Part shown: one piece after another, positions 44,180-55,033 of the stretch
How positions within the stretch are numbered: position 1 is the stretch's first letter
How the letters are laid out: each line of letters begins with the position of its first letter
Source of the DNA: Methanobacteriota archaeon
GTDB lineage: Archaea; Thermoplasmatota; Thermoplasmata; SG8-5; JAGLSY01
DNA length: 64,000 nucleotides
Direction of reading: 5' to 3'
NCBI GenBank assembly: GCA_020697715.1
Contig: JAEHCO010000001.1
Span: 544,001-608,000, forward strand
Program-made: the position numbers and the translations under genes
The notes under the pieces: model-generated
What the model was told of the DNA's origin: nothing
The model's database searches: none
The model's input: the letters and a program-made list of their open reading frames with translations, nothing else

Positions 44180-46738
44180 ATGAATAAGAACGAGAAAAGG
44201 ACAGGTAATATGCTAACCTTGAATGAACGAAGGATCAATGCAACTATGTTGTTGGCCGCCATACTTATCATCCCACTATTGTCTGGCTTTGCCTACAGTG
44301 ATGTGGATAGGGCCATTTCCGGATGTGGTGGAAGCAAATGCCATGGAATTCTCAATCCCGCGACAGTGGTCAATATCTCCGGTCTTCCCCCTGCATATAT
44401 CCATGACAGGACATACACCCTGATATTGTCCATATCTGGTGATCCTCCAACAGGAATGGGAGGGTTCAATGTAGAGGCTTCCTCAGGTTTTTTCACGACC
44501 TCTGACCCCACCAATGTGAGGATAGTTGGAGATGGTGATAGACAGGCAACCCATTGGAATCCGGACCATCGAACATGGACCGTGGATTGGCATGCCCCCG
44601 CTGTCCGCACAGGAGACATAGGCTTCTGGCTATCAGGAACATGCGTGGATGACGACCATGATGGGAATGCCAATGATACTTGGGGGCAGGGTTCATGGGT
44701 GGTCCCCGAGTTCATACCAGAGATCATCCCTCCTGAGATATCCAATGTCCTGATAAATGGCCAGTCAAACCAGATATACAATTTCTCATCGATACCCGGT
44801 CTATCACTTACAGCAGTGCTGGATGATTCAAACACTGGCAATTTCAATGTGACGGGGGCGAACTACACAACAGGCCTAATGAACTGGCCATCTTCCAAGA
44901 TAATGGCCATGCAGAATCCCCCAGCTGGCCCGACAGAGGCTTTCATTGCTACGGTTCCAGCACCATCAGAGGCTGGAACTTACGATCTCTATGTCTATGG
45001 TTGGGATGAGCATTCCAATTTCAATGATACGAACACGGATATGCTGGCCACATTGCAGATAGTGGACGATGTGCCGCCATCTACTTCCAACATCTTACTG
45101 AATGGTGGTCCCACGTTCTCAGTGTACCAGGGAACATCTGTCGAGCTATCAGCGACCTTGAGCGATGCGGCATCGGGGAATTCCGAGATAAAGACAGCGA
45201 ATTACACTATAGGGTATCAGAATTGGAGCAATAGCCAGACCATACCTCCAATTGATGGCAGCTATGATTCCGCAGAAGAGGATGCGGCGGTGGTCATTGA
45301 TACAACCGGGTTCCTTCCAGGTACATATTCGATATTCGTCTATGGTGAGGACAGTATTGGTAATTTCGACAGCGAGCCAGATGTCAATGCCACTCTTATC
45401 ATATTGGAGGATCAAACCCCTCCCGAGCTGGTCAATGTGACCATCGATGGATCACAAACTGTGGAATACCTGTTCAGTGAAATCCCACAATCCCTCGAGG
45501 TCCAGGTCCATGTCAATGACACCGATACTGGCAATTCAGATATCCAGAGCGCTAATGTAACCAGTGGCTTGGATGATTGGTCCACCTCTCTTCCTCTTTC
45601 ATTGCTCCATCCCCCATCCAGTCCAGATGAGGTATTCCACGCCAATCTGAGCCTGCCAATGGTATCAGGCTCATTCAAATACTACGCACATGCCATTGAT
45701 TCTTCTAATAATTCCAATTCCACGAATGCCGACGCATTTGCAGAATTGAGAATACTGGATGACGTCCTTCCCATGATATCCAATGTCACCGTGGAGCTCG
45801 ATCCTTCTGACAATACAGACCCCATGATCATCAATGAGGGCGATGAGGTCCGGATATCAATGACACTGGATGACTCAACCAGAGGCAATTCCCTCATCAA
45901 AGGAGTGAACATGACCTATGGGCCGAATAATTGGTCGTATTCGATGGAAGGCGTTCCATCCGATGGAGCATTGGACTCCTCCATCGAAGATCTTCATTTC
46001 ATCATAGATACTACTGGCTGGTCATATGGTGAGCATGTATTGTCCTTCCATGCTGCGGACGATCCCGCACTTCCAGCCCCAGTCATTGATGATCCCCATT
46101 CATTGACTATTGTGATAAACACACCTCCAGAACTTCGATTCCTGCAGGATGTGGAATACCTCAATGGCCTTGATCCTGAAGAGGGAGAGGCAGGCACTAA
46201 TTTCACCTTCAAGATACTGTATATTGATGATGATGGGCATTTGCCCGAAACAGGGTGGCCCATGCTGCACTTGTTCAGAAACAACAGGAGGGTACCTGGG
46301 TACCCTTTCAGTATGGTGAATGTTGGTGGGAACACATCCACTGGTTCGATCTATGAATATGTCATAGGTCTTGATGAAGGCAATTATTCATATTATTTCA
46401 CGGCCACCGACGCAGGAGGTCTGGAGGCTATACGGACATCTGAATTGATGGGGCCTATCGTATATCCAATAAATATCACGGAGGATCCTGGCGAGGATGA
46501 TCTTGTTGATGATCATCCTGATGACGATCATCCAGATGATGAAGATCCTACCATTGTAGATCCTGATGCTGACGATCCAGCAGATGGGAACATTACCGAT
46601 GGTGATGACAATGACGACGACAATTCGACCACAGGGTCTGATACCACACCCAGTAGCAGTTACTGGCTAGTGGCGATCCTGATGATCGTTATCATAATGG
46701 TCATAGCGGCATATTTCATCATAATTAAGAGACGCTGA
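44180..46738 (+). CDS. Secreted/anchored protein: CX4CH motif, Reeler/choice-of-anchor-V-like domain, four related Ig-like repeats, Asp-rich stalk, TM
   Basis: CGGSKCH, GLP..Y...TYTL, GGFNV, ATH and WTVDWHAP; repeated L.A.L.D...GNS.I motifs; C-terminal TM followed by KRR. Confidence 0.75.
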   Translation: MNKNEKRTGNMLTLNERRINATMLLAAILIIPLLSGFAYSDVDRAISGCGGSKCHGILNPATVVNISGLPPAYIHDRTYTLILSISGDPPTGMGGFNVEASSGFFTTSDPTNVRIVGDGDRQATHWNPDHRTWTVDWHAPAVRTGDIGFWLSGTCVDDDHDGNANDTWGQGSWVVPEFIPEIIPPEISNVLINGQSNQIYNFSSIPGLSLTAVLDDSNTGNFNVTGANYTTGLMNWPSSKIMAMQNPPAGPTEAFIATVPAPSEAGTYDLYVYGWDEHSNFNDTNTDMLATLQIVDDVPPSTSNILLNGGPTFSVYQGTSVELSATLSDAASGNSEIKTANYTIGYQNWSNSQTIPPIDGSYDSAEEDAAVVIDTTGFLPGTYSIFVYGEDSIGNFDSEPDVNATLIILEDQTPPELVNVTIDGSQTVEYLFSEIPQSLEVQVHVNDTDTGNSDIQSANVTSGLDDWSTSLPLSLLHPPSSPDEVFHANLSLPMVSGSFKYYAHAIDSSNNSNSTNADAFAELRILDDVLPMISNVTVELDPSDNTDPMIINEGDEVRISMTLDDSTRGNSLIKGVNMTYGPNNWSYSMEGVPSDGALDSSIEDLHFIIDTTGWSYGEHVLSFHAADDPALPAPVIDDPHSLTIVINTPPELRFLQDVEYLNGLDPEEGEAGTNFTFKILYIDDDGHLPETGWPMLHLFRNNRRVPGYPFSMVNVGGNTSTGSIYEYVIGLDEGNYSYYFTATDAGGLEAIRTSELMGPIVYPINITEDPGEDDLVDDHPDDDHPDDEDPTIVDPDADDPADGNITDGDDNDDDNSTTGSDTTPSSSYWLVAILMIVIIMVIAAYFIIIKRR

Positions 46739-46779
46739 TAGATCGAATACATGGTCTATTATTACTCTTCAACATCTGT

Positions 46780-49700
46780 TTATTCATCATCCTCTGGTAC
46801 AGATGTTTCTTCAGTTATCTCTTCAACCTTTTCAGGGGCTTCTGGCTTCTCCTCAATACCTTTTGATCCCCTTCCTTTCATCAACATCAAAACCACTGAT
46901 ATGACGATCAAGACCACCACGAGAATGATGATGTAAATGTAATCATTGTCCGAGCCTTCATCAACAGTACCATCATCAGTTGTGGTATCATCCGTATCCG
47001 CATTATCCCCTATGCCATCTCCATCCGAATCAGTATCCTCATTCGGATCATATGGGAATGCGTCATCCTCGTCCAGTGTTCCATCATTATCGTCGTCAGG
47101 GTCTGCATTGTCCCCGATACCATCGCCGTCGGCATCGGCGTGCTCATCCGGGTCATTGGGGAATGCGTCATGGGAATCTCCAATCCCATCTCCGTCTGCA
47201 TCCGAGCCCTCGTTTGGATCCAATGGGAATGCGTCATCCTCGTCCATTATTCCATCATCATCGTCATCAGGATCCGCATTGTCCCCGATACCATCTCCGT
47301 CGGTATCGGTGTCCTCATACGGATCATCAGGGAACGCGTCATCAATATCCAGTGTGCCGTCTCCGTCCGTATCCGCATCATCCGCAGGTATAGTGAAGGT
47401 CCCACTCACCTCGTTCGAATATGGTGATTCATTTGGCGGACTTTGATCGTCAAAAGCAGTGATGATGTAGTAATATGTTGTGCCATGTACGGAAGTGACA
47501 TCCACGAAACTCGTATTGGAGGTAGCCAGTATGGAAGCCACTATAGAGTATCGTCTGCCAGAGCTCTCTGATCGATATACTATGTATCCTACCAGGTCAG
47601 TCTCAGTACTGCTGTCCCAGCTGAGCTTGATATCCCCATTCGCCATATTGCTCGCCACAAGGCCGGATGGAGCATCTGGAGCCTCATCATCCAGGACCTC
47701 TATGGTGATATTGGTCCACTCACCCCTGTTATCATGAATGTCGATCCCTCTTATCTCAAGCACATAGGTCCCTCTTTCCCATGATGTGGTATTGAACCAG
47801 AGCTCGATACTTTCCTTCCATTCATCAAATGCCAGATCCAAAGAACTTATGGATGACGCTTCTGTGAGGTTCACACCTGCTGGCCATTCTCCTATGAATC
47901 TCCAATCTATCCCTATTATGACCGATCTTCCTCTTGTCTCATCATCGAATGTTGTGGTGATGGTGATCTCGTCCTGGGAAGAAGCGAATGGATATGGCTG
48001 TATAGCGGGTGCAGATACAACAACAGGCCCCCAATCATCAAAGATGGTCAGGTTGATGCTCTCCCACTCGCCCCAGTTCCCTCCCTCATCAGAAGCGTGG
48101 ATCCAAAAGGTATTGACCCCCTTTGGATAGTCTGGAATTTCCAATATGGCCGTCACATTCTTCAGATAACTATCTAATGAAGAATTTGAGACATTGCACG
48201 GATTGCCAGTTCCATTGTCGATGGTCGGATAATGGGTGCTGTGATACCATTCTGCCTGGGTTATATTGGACCACCCGTTTGCCTCATCATCAACTGTGGC
48301 ATTCAGCCAAACCCAGTCACTGGACATACCAGTTATATTTGATGGAGATAGACTGATATTCTTGATCAAAGGCGCCTTTTTGTCCACCATATCAATGAAC
48401 AATACAGTGGTCTGATCCATATTGGCGGTTGTGTTGAGATCCTCGAACCCTTCCTTCATGACCGTTATATTATAAGGTGATCTGTTCTCAGTGATATTTC
48501 CTTCCAATATCGTATACTCGGTTATCATCAACTGTTCTATCCATCCATCTTCATTTGTTATATCATCAAATACATTTGTGCCATTGACATCAAAGATCTG
48601 AATATCGGCTCCTGAGACATTATGATCATTACAACTAACATGCATCCTCAGATACCAGCTTACATTCAAACTTGAAAATATGTCTTCTATGTGGATCATG
48701 TCCTTATCAAAGGTCGTGTTTATCAAATTTGGATCTGAATCATAATTCAGGAACATGGACGCCGAGGCCGGGTTCTCGATAGTGGTGTTAGATAATAATG
48801 CGTCCGTTCCATATAGGTAAATGGAACGATCTCCATCTATCAAATGACAGTTCTCAATGTTCGATATGCCCACATTCACAAGATAAGCATTGTAGTTATT
48901 GGATGTGATGGTCACATTCGTCAACTCTAGATCATCGATAGTGGAAGCGACAACCCCGTTGTTATTGTTCAACAAAACACTATTTTGAACATCCGCCTTG
49001 ATGCTGTTGATGATGTAGATGCCATTAACACCACTTTGAATGTCCATATCATTTATCTGAATATCACTTGAGTTCACATACACTATTTGCCCTATGTTCG
49101 TCAAATAAGAGACCTGTATCTGCTCTCCAGTGGTAGAGTGTCCAGTTTCTCCAAAATAATATCTCACAATCTCCCCATTGACCGTATTATTCTCAAAGAT
49201 GGTGTTTTCCCATGAATATCCTGTCGTGCCGATGTATATGCCAGTTTGGGTGATCTCCTTTGTTATCAGATTATTCCAAAGGATATTTCCGGAAGTTATC
49301 CCCGCGACCCCCGCTCCATACACATTGTTCTTCAATGTATTTTGAAATACTGAATTATCACCAGAGATCTCTCGAATTGCCAGGCCGATCACATTATTAT
49401 CCTCGCAGTGATTATCGAACACCACTGAATTCTGTGTGTTTATCAATGACAATCCATAGGATCCATTATTGGCGACATTGTCCTTGACCTCCACATAGGA
49501 AGCATTGGCCACGATGACCTGTCCCTGGTTAGACATAAATGGTTCATGCACTACCTGGTTTTGGATCGGAATAAGAGCACCAACGGCTCCCACATCTCCA
49601 TAGAAATATCGGAGCCATTCGCCATTGACAGTATTGTTGGCAGGGTATGAATGATCAAGGGAATTTATGCCAATATAATAACCATATTGATAATCACTTT

Positions 49701-51168
49701 TCAATATGGTGTTGCTGTAGAACTTATTCTGTTTCGAGTATTGGTCCACACCCAACCCATAAAAATTGCTATTGAGGGTATTATCCTTCACGATGACATC
49801 TCTCGATCCATAAAGTCTGATCCCAACAGATTCGGAACCAGATATGGTGTTGCCTGATACTATATTATTGCCACTGGCTCCCTGTATCCGGATCCCATCT
49901 CCATTGGTCAATGTGCCTTCCCTTCCAGATATGTGATTGTCCATAACTACGGAATCGTTTAGTGAGTATAGCCAGATACCCTGATAGCGTCCCCCTGTCA
50001 ATGTATTATTGCTAATTGACCCATGAACATTCCTTGTAGGATAGGCCCACGGTTCTGGGGCATTTGAAGCATCCCCGTCTCCGAGCCACCCCACTCTGAT
50101 ACCGGGCGCATTGACACTACTGACTATATTGTTCTCAATGGTCACATTAAGATCGTATATCGCCTTCACACCAAAGCCAATTGTGTCAGCCACTTTATCA
50201 AGTACATTGTTCTTCAATATCACTGTCGCGTTCTTTGGTGTGGATGAATCCACGCCAGCCTTGAACCATCCAATTGTCACGGCTCCGCATGTTATTCCAG
50301 TCGTGTGGTATATGTGATTATCCGACACATTGGCATACATTGTCTCGGTGGAGCATATTATAAGAGCACCAGCCGCGATATTCGTCAGTTCATTGTTTAT
50401 GAAATTCACATCCACGGCTTTGACCCCTGGGTTTTTGGAGTATTCGTTCGACATTTTACCAATATGCACTCCATTCTGTGTCTGAGGTGTATTGAAATTA
50501 TTATCCACGATATTTGCCTGGATGTATTCCGTGGCATATATCATGACTATCCCATCTAGATTTCCACTTGGATTTATTATGTCATTGTTAGTTATATTCG
50601 TGTATATTGAATTCACTGGCAGATCATCCTGTGCTAGGATCAATTTGCTGCCAAGTCTGATGGGAGCCAGCCCCACATTTTCGGAAATGATATTGTCATG
50701 GATCTCCGCTCTTATGATGGAAGTTTCAGGTACACCAATCATGCCGATCCCACCAGCACCATTGTTCATTATTGTGCAGTTTGTCACATTCGCGTTTGTG
50801 TCACCATATATCGATACACCACTACCATCTGCATTTTCAAGTGTGCAGTTCCTGATGGTGAAATACTTGATAGTATTCTGAATATATATGCATGCTTCCG
50901 CGCCTGAGCCATCAATTTCCAAATTCTCAATTATGTACGGATTGCCTGCTGTTCCATTACCACCAGATACTCCGTTGGCTGGGATAAAATCACCATCTCC
51001 ACTTATCCACAGAGGCGGCGATACTGTCAATATGCCGTCTGGAAGGGTAGATGAAATATAATTATCTGCAGTATCTACCTCATAAGCACTGTTAGCTGGA
51101 AGCATGGTCAACACATTGGCCAGGAAAGCCAATACCATAAGTACAGACAATATTTTTCTATTCATCAT
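46780..51168 (-). CDS. Cell-surface beta-helix (NosD/CASH-like) protein with Ig-like, FN3 and TSP3 repeats and a TM anchor
   Basis: GNGTAGNPYIIENLEID, many N-ladder repeats, APDAPSGL..LSW..GYIVYRS FN3 and repeated DxDGDGIGDNADPDDD/DAFPxDP. Confidence 0.82.
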   Translation of the reverse strand: MMNRKILSVLMVLAFLANVLTMLPANSAYEVDTADNYISSTLPDGILTVSPPLWISGDGDFIPANGVSGGNGTAGNPYIIENLEIDGSGAEACIYIQNTIKYFTIRNCTLENADGSGVSIYGDTNANVTNCTIMNNGAGGIGMIGVPETSIIRAEIHDNIISENVGLAPIRLGSKLILAQDDLPVNSIYTNITNNDIINPSGNLDGIVMIYATEYIQANIVDNNFNTPQTQNGVHIGKMSNEYSKNPGVKAVDVNFINNELTNIAAGALIICSTETMYANVSDNHIYHTTGITCGAVTIGWFKAGVDSSTPKNATVILKNNVLDKVADTIGFGVKAIYDLNVTIENNIVSSVNAPGIRVGWLGDGDASNAPEPWAYPTRNVHGSISNNTLTGGRYQGIWLYSLNDSVVMDNHISGREGTLTNGDGIRIQGASGNNIVSGNTISGSESVGIRLYGSRDVIVKDNTLNSNFYGLGVDQYSKQNKFYSNTILKSDYQYGYYIGINSLDHSYPANNTVNGEWLRYFYGDVGAVGALIPIQNQVVHEPFMSNQGQVIVANASYVEVKDNVANNGSYGLSLINTQNSVVFDNHCEDNNVIGLAIREISGDNSVFQNTLKNNVYGAGVAGITSGNILWNNLITKEITQTGIYIGTTGYSWENTIFENNTVNGEIVRYYFGETGHSTTGEQIQVSYLTNIGQIVYVNSSDIQINDMDIQSGVNGIYIINSIKADVQNSVLLNNNNGVVASTIDDLELTNVTITSNNYNAYLVNVGISNIENCHLIDGDRSIYLYGTDALLSNTTIENPASASMFLNYDSDPNLINTTFDKDMIHIEDIFSSLNVSWYLRMHVSCNDHNVSGADIQIFDVNGTNVFDDITNEDGWIEQLMITEYTILEGNITENRSPYNITVMKEGFEDLNTTANMDQTTVLFIDMVDKKAPLIKNISLSPSNITGMSSDWVWLNATVDDEANGWSNITQAEWYHSTHYPTIDNGTGNPCNVSNSSLDSYLKNVTAILEIPDYPKGVNTFWIHASDEGGNWGEWESINLTIFDDWGPVVVSAPAIQPYPFASSQDEITITTTFDDETRGRSVIIGIDWRFIGEWPAGVNLTEASSISSLDLAFDEWKESIELWFNTTSWERGTYVLEIRGIDIHDNRGEWTNITIEVLDDEAPDAPSGLVASNMANGDIKLSWDSSTETDLVGYIVYRSESSGRRYSIVASILATSNTSFVDVTSVHGTTYYYIITAFDDQSPPNESPYSNEVSGTFTIPADDADTDGDGTLDIDDAFPDDPYEDTDTDGDGIGDNADPDDDDDGIMDEDDAFPLDPNEGSDADGDGIGDSHDAFPNDPDEHADADGDGIGDNADPDDDNDGTLDEDDAFPYDPNEDTDSDGDGIGDNADTDDTTTDDGTVDEGSDNDYIYIIILVVVLIVISVVLMLMKGRGSKGIEEKPEAPEKVEEITEETSVPEDDE

Positions 51169-51452
51169 GAATCACCACGAGTTTTGGAGCAAAGACGCAC
51201 ATGACTATATAAATATATTTAGCCAGTTAAAGATGTCATATTGTCTATCTCTAGTATACCCCATCATGTTTGTTCGATCATAATGGCTACTCATGCCTTT
51301 GACCAAATACCTGTGGAAAATTTATTATATTAATTATTGTTAATGGCGATGCGGATATTAATTCAATTGCTTAAGAATAGTTAATATAAATGGGCAAGCA
51401 ATTAAATAATCAATATACATGACGGATTTCAAATCCACAAGAGGAGATTCAA

Positions 51453-52589
51453 ATGGCTGGCATAACAATTCATGGTGTAATCGGTCTTTTAGTAATAGTT
51501 TATGTGATATTAGCTTTCATTTTTGATTTTGCCAGGAAGAAATCCAAATCCCTTGATGAAAAACTGAACAATATATCACCATCAAAACTCGTGCCAGACA
51601 AGATAAAATGGTGGTTCATGGCCTTATTCGCGATAGCCAACATATTCCTTTATCTTTATTGCTGGATATGCAAGATAACGGAGAATGATGGAGGCGACGA
51701 CGCCCTCTATCTTGATTTTATCTTCCGTGATCTTCTTGGAATATTGCCATGGTTCGTCTGGGGTTGTATCCTTGCTGGTGTGGTTATGAAATACCTCAAG
51801 CTCGGAAGACTAAGACTCCCAAGCACGATGATGGGTGCCGGTTTGTTCGCATCCATATTACCAATATGCTCCTGTGCCGCAGTACCAATGGCACATGGTA
51901 TGATGTTGGGCAAGCAGATGAGAGTTCGAGCCATTATCACCTTTTTGATAGTCGTACCGGTACTGAGCCCAGTGGTCTACATACTTGCTATTGGGGAGCA
52001 GATGTATGTCTATCTCATTGTGGAGATAATCGCAGTTTTCGTATTGGCTATCCTTACAGGTATGTTCGTCGAGCGCTTTGCAGGTAAAAAAGAAGCTGGT
52101 GATCAGCGATCTGGCTGCTATTCCTGTGATGGATGCAAATCAGTAGAAATGGGCAAAGGAAATGAATCCGCTCTTTTGGCATCATGGGACCATTTCATGT
52201 ACCTGTTGAAATACATATTATTTGGTATAATCATAGGTGCGGCCATCGCGACCTTCGCAGAACCAAGCCATTTGGCAGATCTATTTGGAAGCCAGACTGA
52301 TTTCTATGGCAGCATACCAGGGCTTGTTCTGATAGTCTGCATAGCTATCCCGATATTCATTTGCTCTGGCGAGGAAGTGCTCATACTGGCTCCTCTTTTG
52401 GCCCTGGGACTTCCATTGGGTCACGCAGTGGCCTTCGCGATCGCAGGTAATGCGATCTGCATAACCGCAGCCCCGGTATTGAATGCCACCTTTGGTAAGA
52501 AAGTGACAGTGCTGTTGTTCGCCGCTTTCTTCGTAGGCTCTATAGCGATCGGGCTGACGATCAATGGTATCATTTGGATGGTTGGTTGA
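51453..52589 (+). CDS. DUF318/ArsP-family permease
   Basis: Multiple TM helices, LPICSCAAVP, PIFICSGEE and a central CYSCDGC loop. Confidence 0.8.
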   Translation: MAGITIHGVIGLLVIVYVILAFIFDFARKKSKSLDEKLNNISPSKLVPDKIKWWFMALFAIANIFLYLYCWICKITENDGGDDALYLDFIFRDLLGILPWFVWGCILAGVVMKYLKLGRLRLPSTMMGAGLFASILPICSCAAVPMAHGMMLGKQMRVRAIITFLIVVPVLSPVVYILAIGEQMYVYLIVEIIAVFVLAILTGMFVERFAGKKEAGDQRSGCYSCDGCKSVEMGKGNESALLASWDHFMYLLKYILFGIIIGAAIATFAEPSHLADLFGSQTDFYGSIPGLVLIVCIAIPIFICSGEEVLILAPLLALGLPLGHAVAFAIAGNAICITAAPVLNATFGKKVTVLLFAAFFVGSIAIGLTINGIIWMVG

Positions 52590-52725
52590 TGATGAAGATA
52601 TGAAATATGAAAAGCCAGTAGATAAGCTATTCATCATTGTATCTTCAGTGAAGACGGCCTAATACATTGTAATTATAATGAGTATGACGTAGCTATGATG
52701 ATGTACAGGTATGGATCATACTTAC

Positions 52726-54894
52726 TTACCGCTCATCAATCTTGGTATCAGCTTGCTGTTCAACGAGCTCGGCGTCTTCTTTCCGCTTACCGATCTCCTC
52801 TTCTGGCTTGCTGGTGTTTGAGCGCGGCTTTACCATATATAGAACACCCACACCACCTGCAATAATGAAAATTATGAAAGTGATAAATGTAGAGGTCCAG
52901 GCAATTTCATCATCGTCTATACCCGCCTCTCCTGGAGTGAAGCTGTCGGCTGTGGAATTTGTGTCAGAGCTATCATCCGATGTGCTGTTGGTGTCGTCTG
53001 AAGTGGTGTTATCAGAATCGTCGGTATCATTACGTACGATCTGATATGGAATAGCGGTCAGTACATCTGAAATATCTCCTTCTCCGATTGCATTCATTGC
53101 GCTAACTGCATAATAATAGGTCAAATCGTTGGTAAGGCCCAGGTCTACATACGTAAGTACTATGGGTAATGAGAATTTTGTGAGATTGTCCATAGAATCG
53201 CCCTTGTATATGTAATAGCCAGATATCTTAAGGCCACCATTATATGATGGGGGCAGCCAATCCAAATAGACAAGGCCGTTTCCAGTCTCGACAGTGAAAT
53301 TTATTGGGGCCATGGGCGCGGTGAAGTTGTTTGGCATTGCCTCAAATATGCTTGAGTGGTAGCTCTCTCCAATGGTATTGACAGCAGTCACTGAGTAATG
53401 ATAGGTCTGGCTGTTGACAAGACCTGTATCCATGAACTCAGTAATGTTACCACTCACATTTGCCACAAGGCTTCGATTGTCGACTTCAAAGCCCCGGTAT
53501 ATTGAATAATGAAGTAATTGGGAATTGCCATTGGTCTTTGGAGATGACCACGACAAGGCAATATAAGCATCGCCTGCCTTTCCTTCAAGGTTCTCTGGTT
53601 TTGATGGAGGGGTTGGTATGGCTCCAGTTTCTGCTATCACCTCATTGGACAATGAACTTTCCCCCATAACGTTCACTGAAGATATCCAATAATAGTAAGT
53701 GGTTTGGTTCTGGACAGTTGTGTCGTTGTAGCTATTGGCTACCCCAAGTGCTTTTAGAAATGCGGGAGCGTTAATGTCCTGGCTTCGATATATATTGTAG
53801 CCAGTAATAGCAGCGCCACCGTCGTCAAGCGGATTCTCCCAATATAACGTCACAGAGTCATACCCCGCTATGGCCTCGATATTAGTTGGTGGCTTAGGAG
53901 TTGACATAGGTACTGCCTCCACTTCTGAAGAGGATGGCCCTTCTCCAACAGCATTGATGGCTGTCACGGTATAGAAATAGCTTTGACCATTCTCGACACC
54001 CACGTCCTTGAAAGTGAGAACATCGCCAACAGTGGTCAGATAGGATAGGGCTCCAGATGCTGTCCCCCTCATTATCTTGTAATTGGTGATCTCCTTTCCA
54101 CCATCTTCAATTGGCTCCTTCCATGTGAGGTTGATATGTTCATCTCCAGCTTCACAAGTAAGGTTGGTAGGCGCATCTGGAGGATCGTACACAAGTTCTT
54201 CTGTGATCACACTGACCGATTGAAAATAAGTGGGGTAAGTACAATATGGAAAGCTCTCATAAGTCAAGAATCCTATCTCCAAATAATTCAATCCATTATC
54301 TTTAGGTGTTGCAGTGTGTTTTAATTTCCCATCTATATAGAATTCCAGGTCTGTTGAGGTCCTCACCAGGCTCAATGGCTTGTCTATGAAAACAGAATAG
54401 GTGGAGCTGGCCCCGGTTGAGAATATCAGGTCACCATCACTATCTCCGTTCAGGTATATCCAGGCCTTATTGTCCGCTACCGATGAGTCTATCCAACCAA
54501 ATGAATAAATTTGATTGTCCATTGAATCAAATAATCTGACCTCAACTCGAGCTAGATTGTCTGGAGATGTTTCTGCAATGCACTTGATGACTGCGGTTAT
54601 ATTGAAATTCCCAGTAAGTGATAGGTTCGTCCTCAGGTATGGGCCATGCCAGCCATTAGCATACTCTGGATCCGCTGTGAAGGACACGGCCGTTAAATAA
54701 GAGTCATCGTCCACGACCAATGCTCCATAGCCTCCTTTTGTCCATCTAGCATCCCATAGGGATCCACCACCATCAAAATTATCGATCCAACTCTCTGCCT
54801 CAACCTCATTTGGAAATACAATAATAGCAGTAAGAAGAAATAATGCAAGGCTTAAGGCCAATGTACTTTTTCCTAAATGGATCTTTTCAATCAT
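52726..54894 (-). CDS. Membrane-anchored protein with an N-terminal beta-sandwich/lectin-like domain and four fibronectin type III domains
   Basis: Signal peptide, four P..P.NL...G...L.W..P..DGG..I..Y.IYR...YYY.V.A.N..GE repeats and a C-terminal TM. Confidence 0.85.
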   Translation of the reverse strand: MIEKIHLGKSTLALSLALFLLTAIIVFPNEVEAESWIDNFDGGGSLWDARWTKGGYGALVVDDDSYLTAVSFTADPEYANGWHGPYLRTNLSLTGNFNITAVIKCIAETSPDNLARVEVRLFDSMDNQIYSFGWIDSSVADNKAWIYLNGDSDGDLIFSTGASSTYSVFIDKPLSLVRTSTDLEFYIDGKLKHTATPKDNGLNYLEIGFLTYESFPYCTYPTYFQSVSVITEELVYDPPDAPTNLTCEAGDEHINLTWKEPIEDGGKEITNYKIMRGTASGALSYLTTVGDVLTFKDVGVENGQSYFYTVTAINAVGEGPSSSEVEAVPMSTPKPPTNIEAIAGYDSVTLYWENPLDDGGAAITGYNIYRSQDINAPAFLKALGVANSYNDTTVQNQTTYYYWISSVNVMGESSLSNEVIAETGAIPTPPSKPENLEGKAGDAYIALSWSSPKTNGNSQLLHYSIYRGFEVDNRSLVANVSGNITEFMDTGLVNSQTYHYSVTAVNTIGESYHSSIFEAMPNNFTAPMAPINFTVETGNGLVYLDWLPPSYNGGLKISGYYIYKGDSMDNLTKFSLPIVLTYVDLGLTNDLTYYYAVSAMNAIGEGDISDVLTAIPYQIVRNDTDDSDNTTSDDTNSTSDDSSDTNSTADSFTPGEAGIDDDEIAWTSTFITFIIFIIAGGVGVLYMVKPRSNTSKPEEEIGKRKEDAELVEQQADTKIDER

Positions 54895-55033
54895 GATATT
54901 ACCTTAACTATACCATGTAAAATATCAACATTACCTACTTAATTCCTTCGCCTCATCATATATATCCCATTTGCAGACCAAATATGCCAAAATCAAAATA
55001 TACAATATCCGCTTGCTATGTTGAAGTGATATC

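Noticed and set aside
32426-47446. Ser-, Val- or His-rich plus-strand ORFs (e.g. 32601..33305, 39032..39259, 46946..47446)
   Set aside because: Antisense products of Asp-rich low-complexity repeats in the real surface-protein genes.
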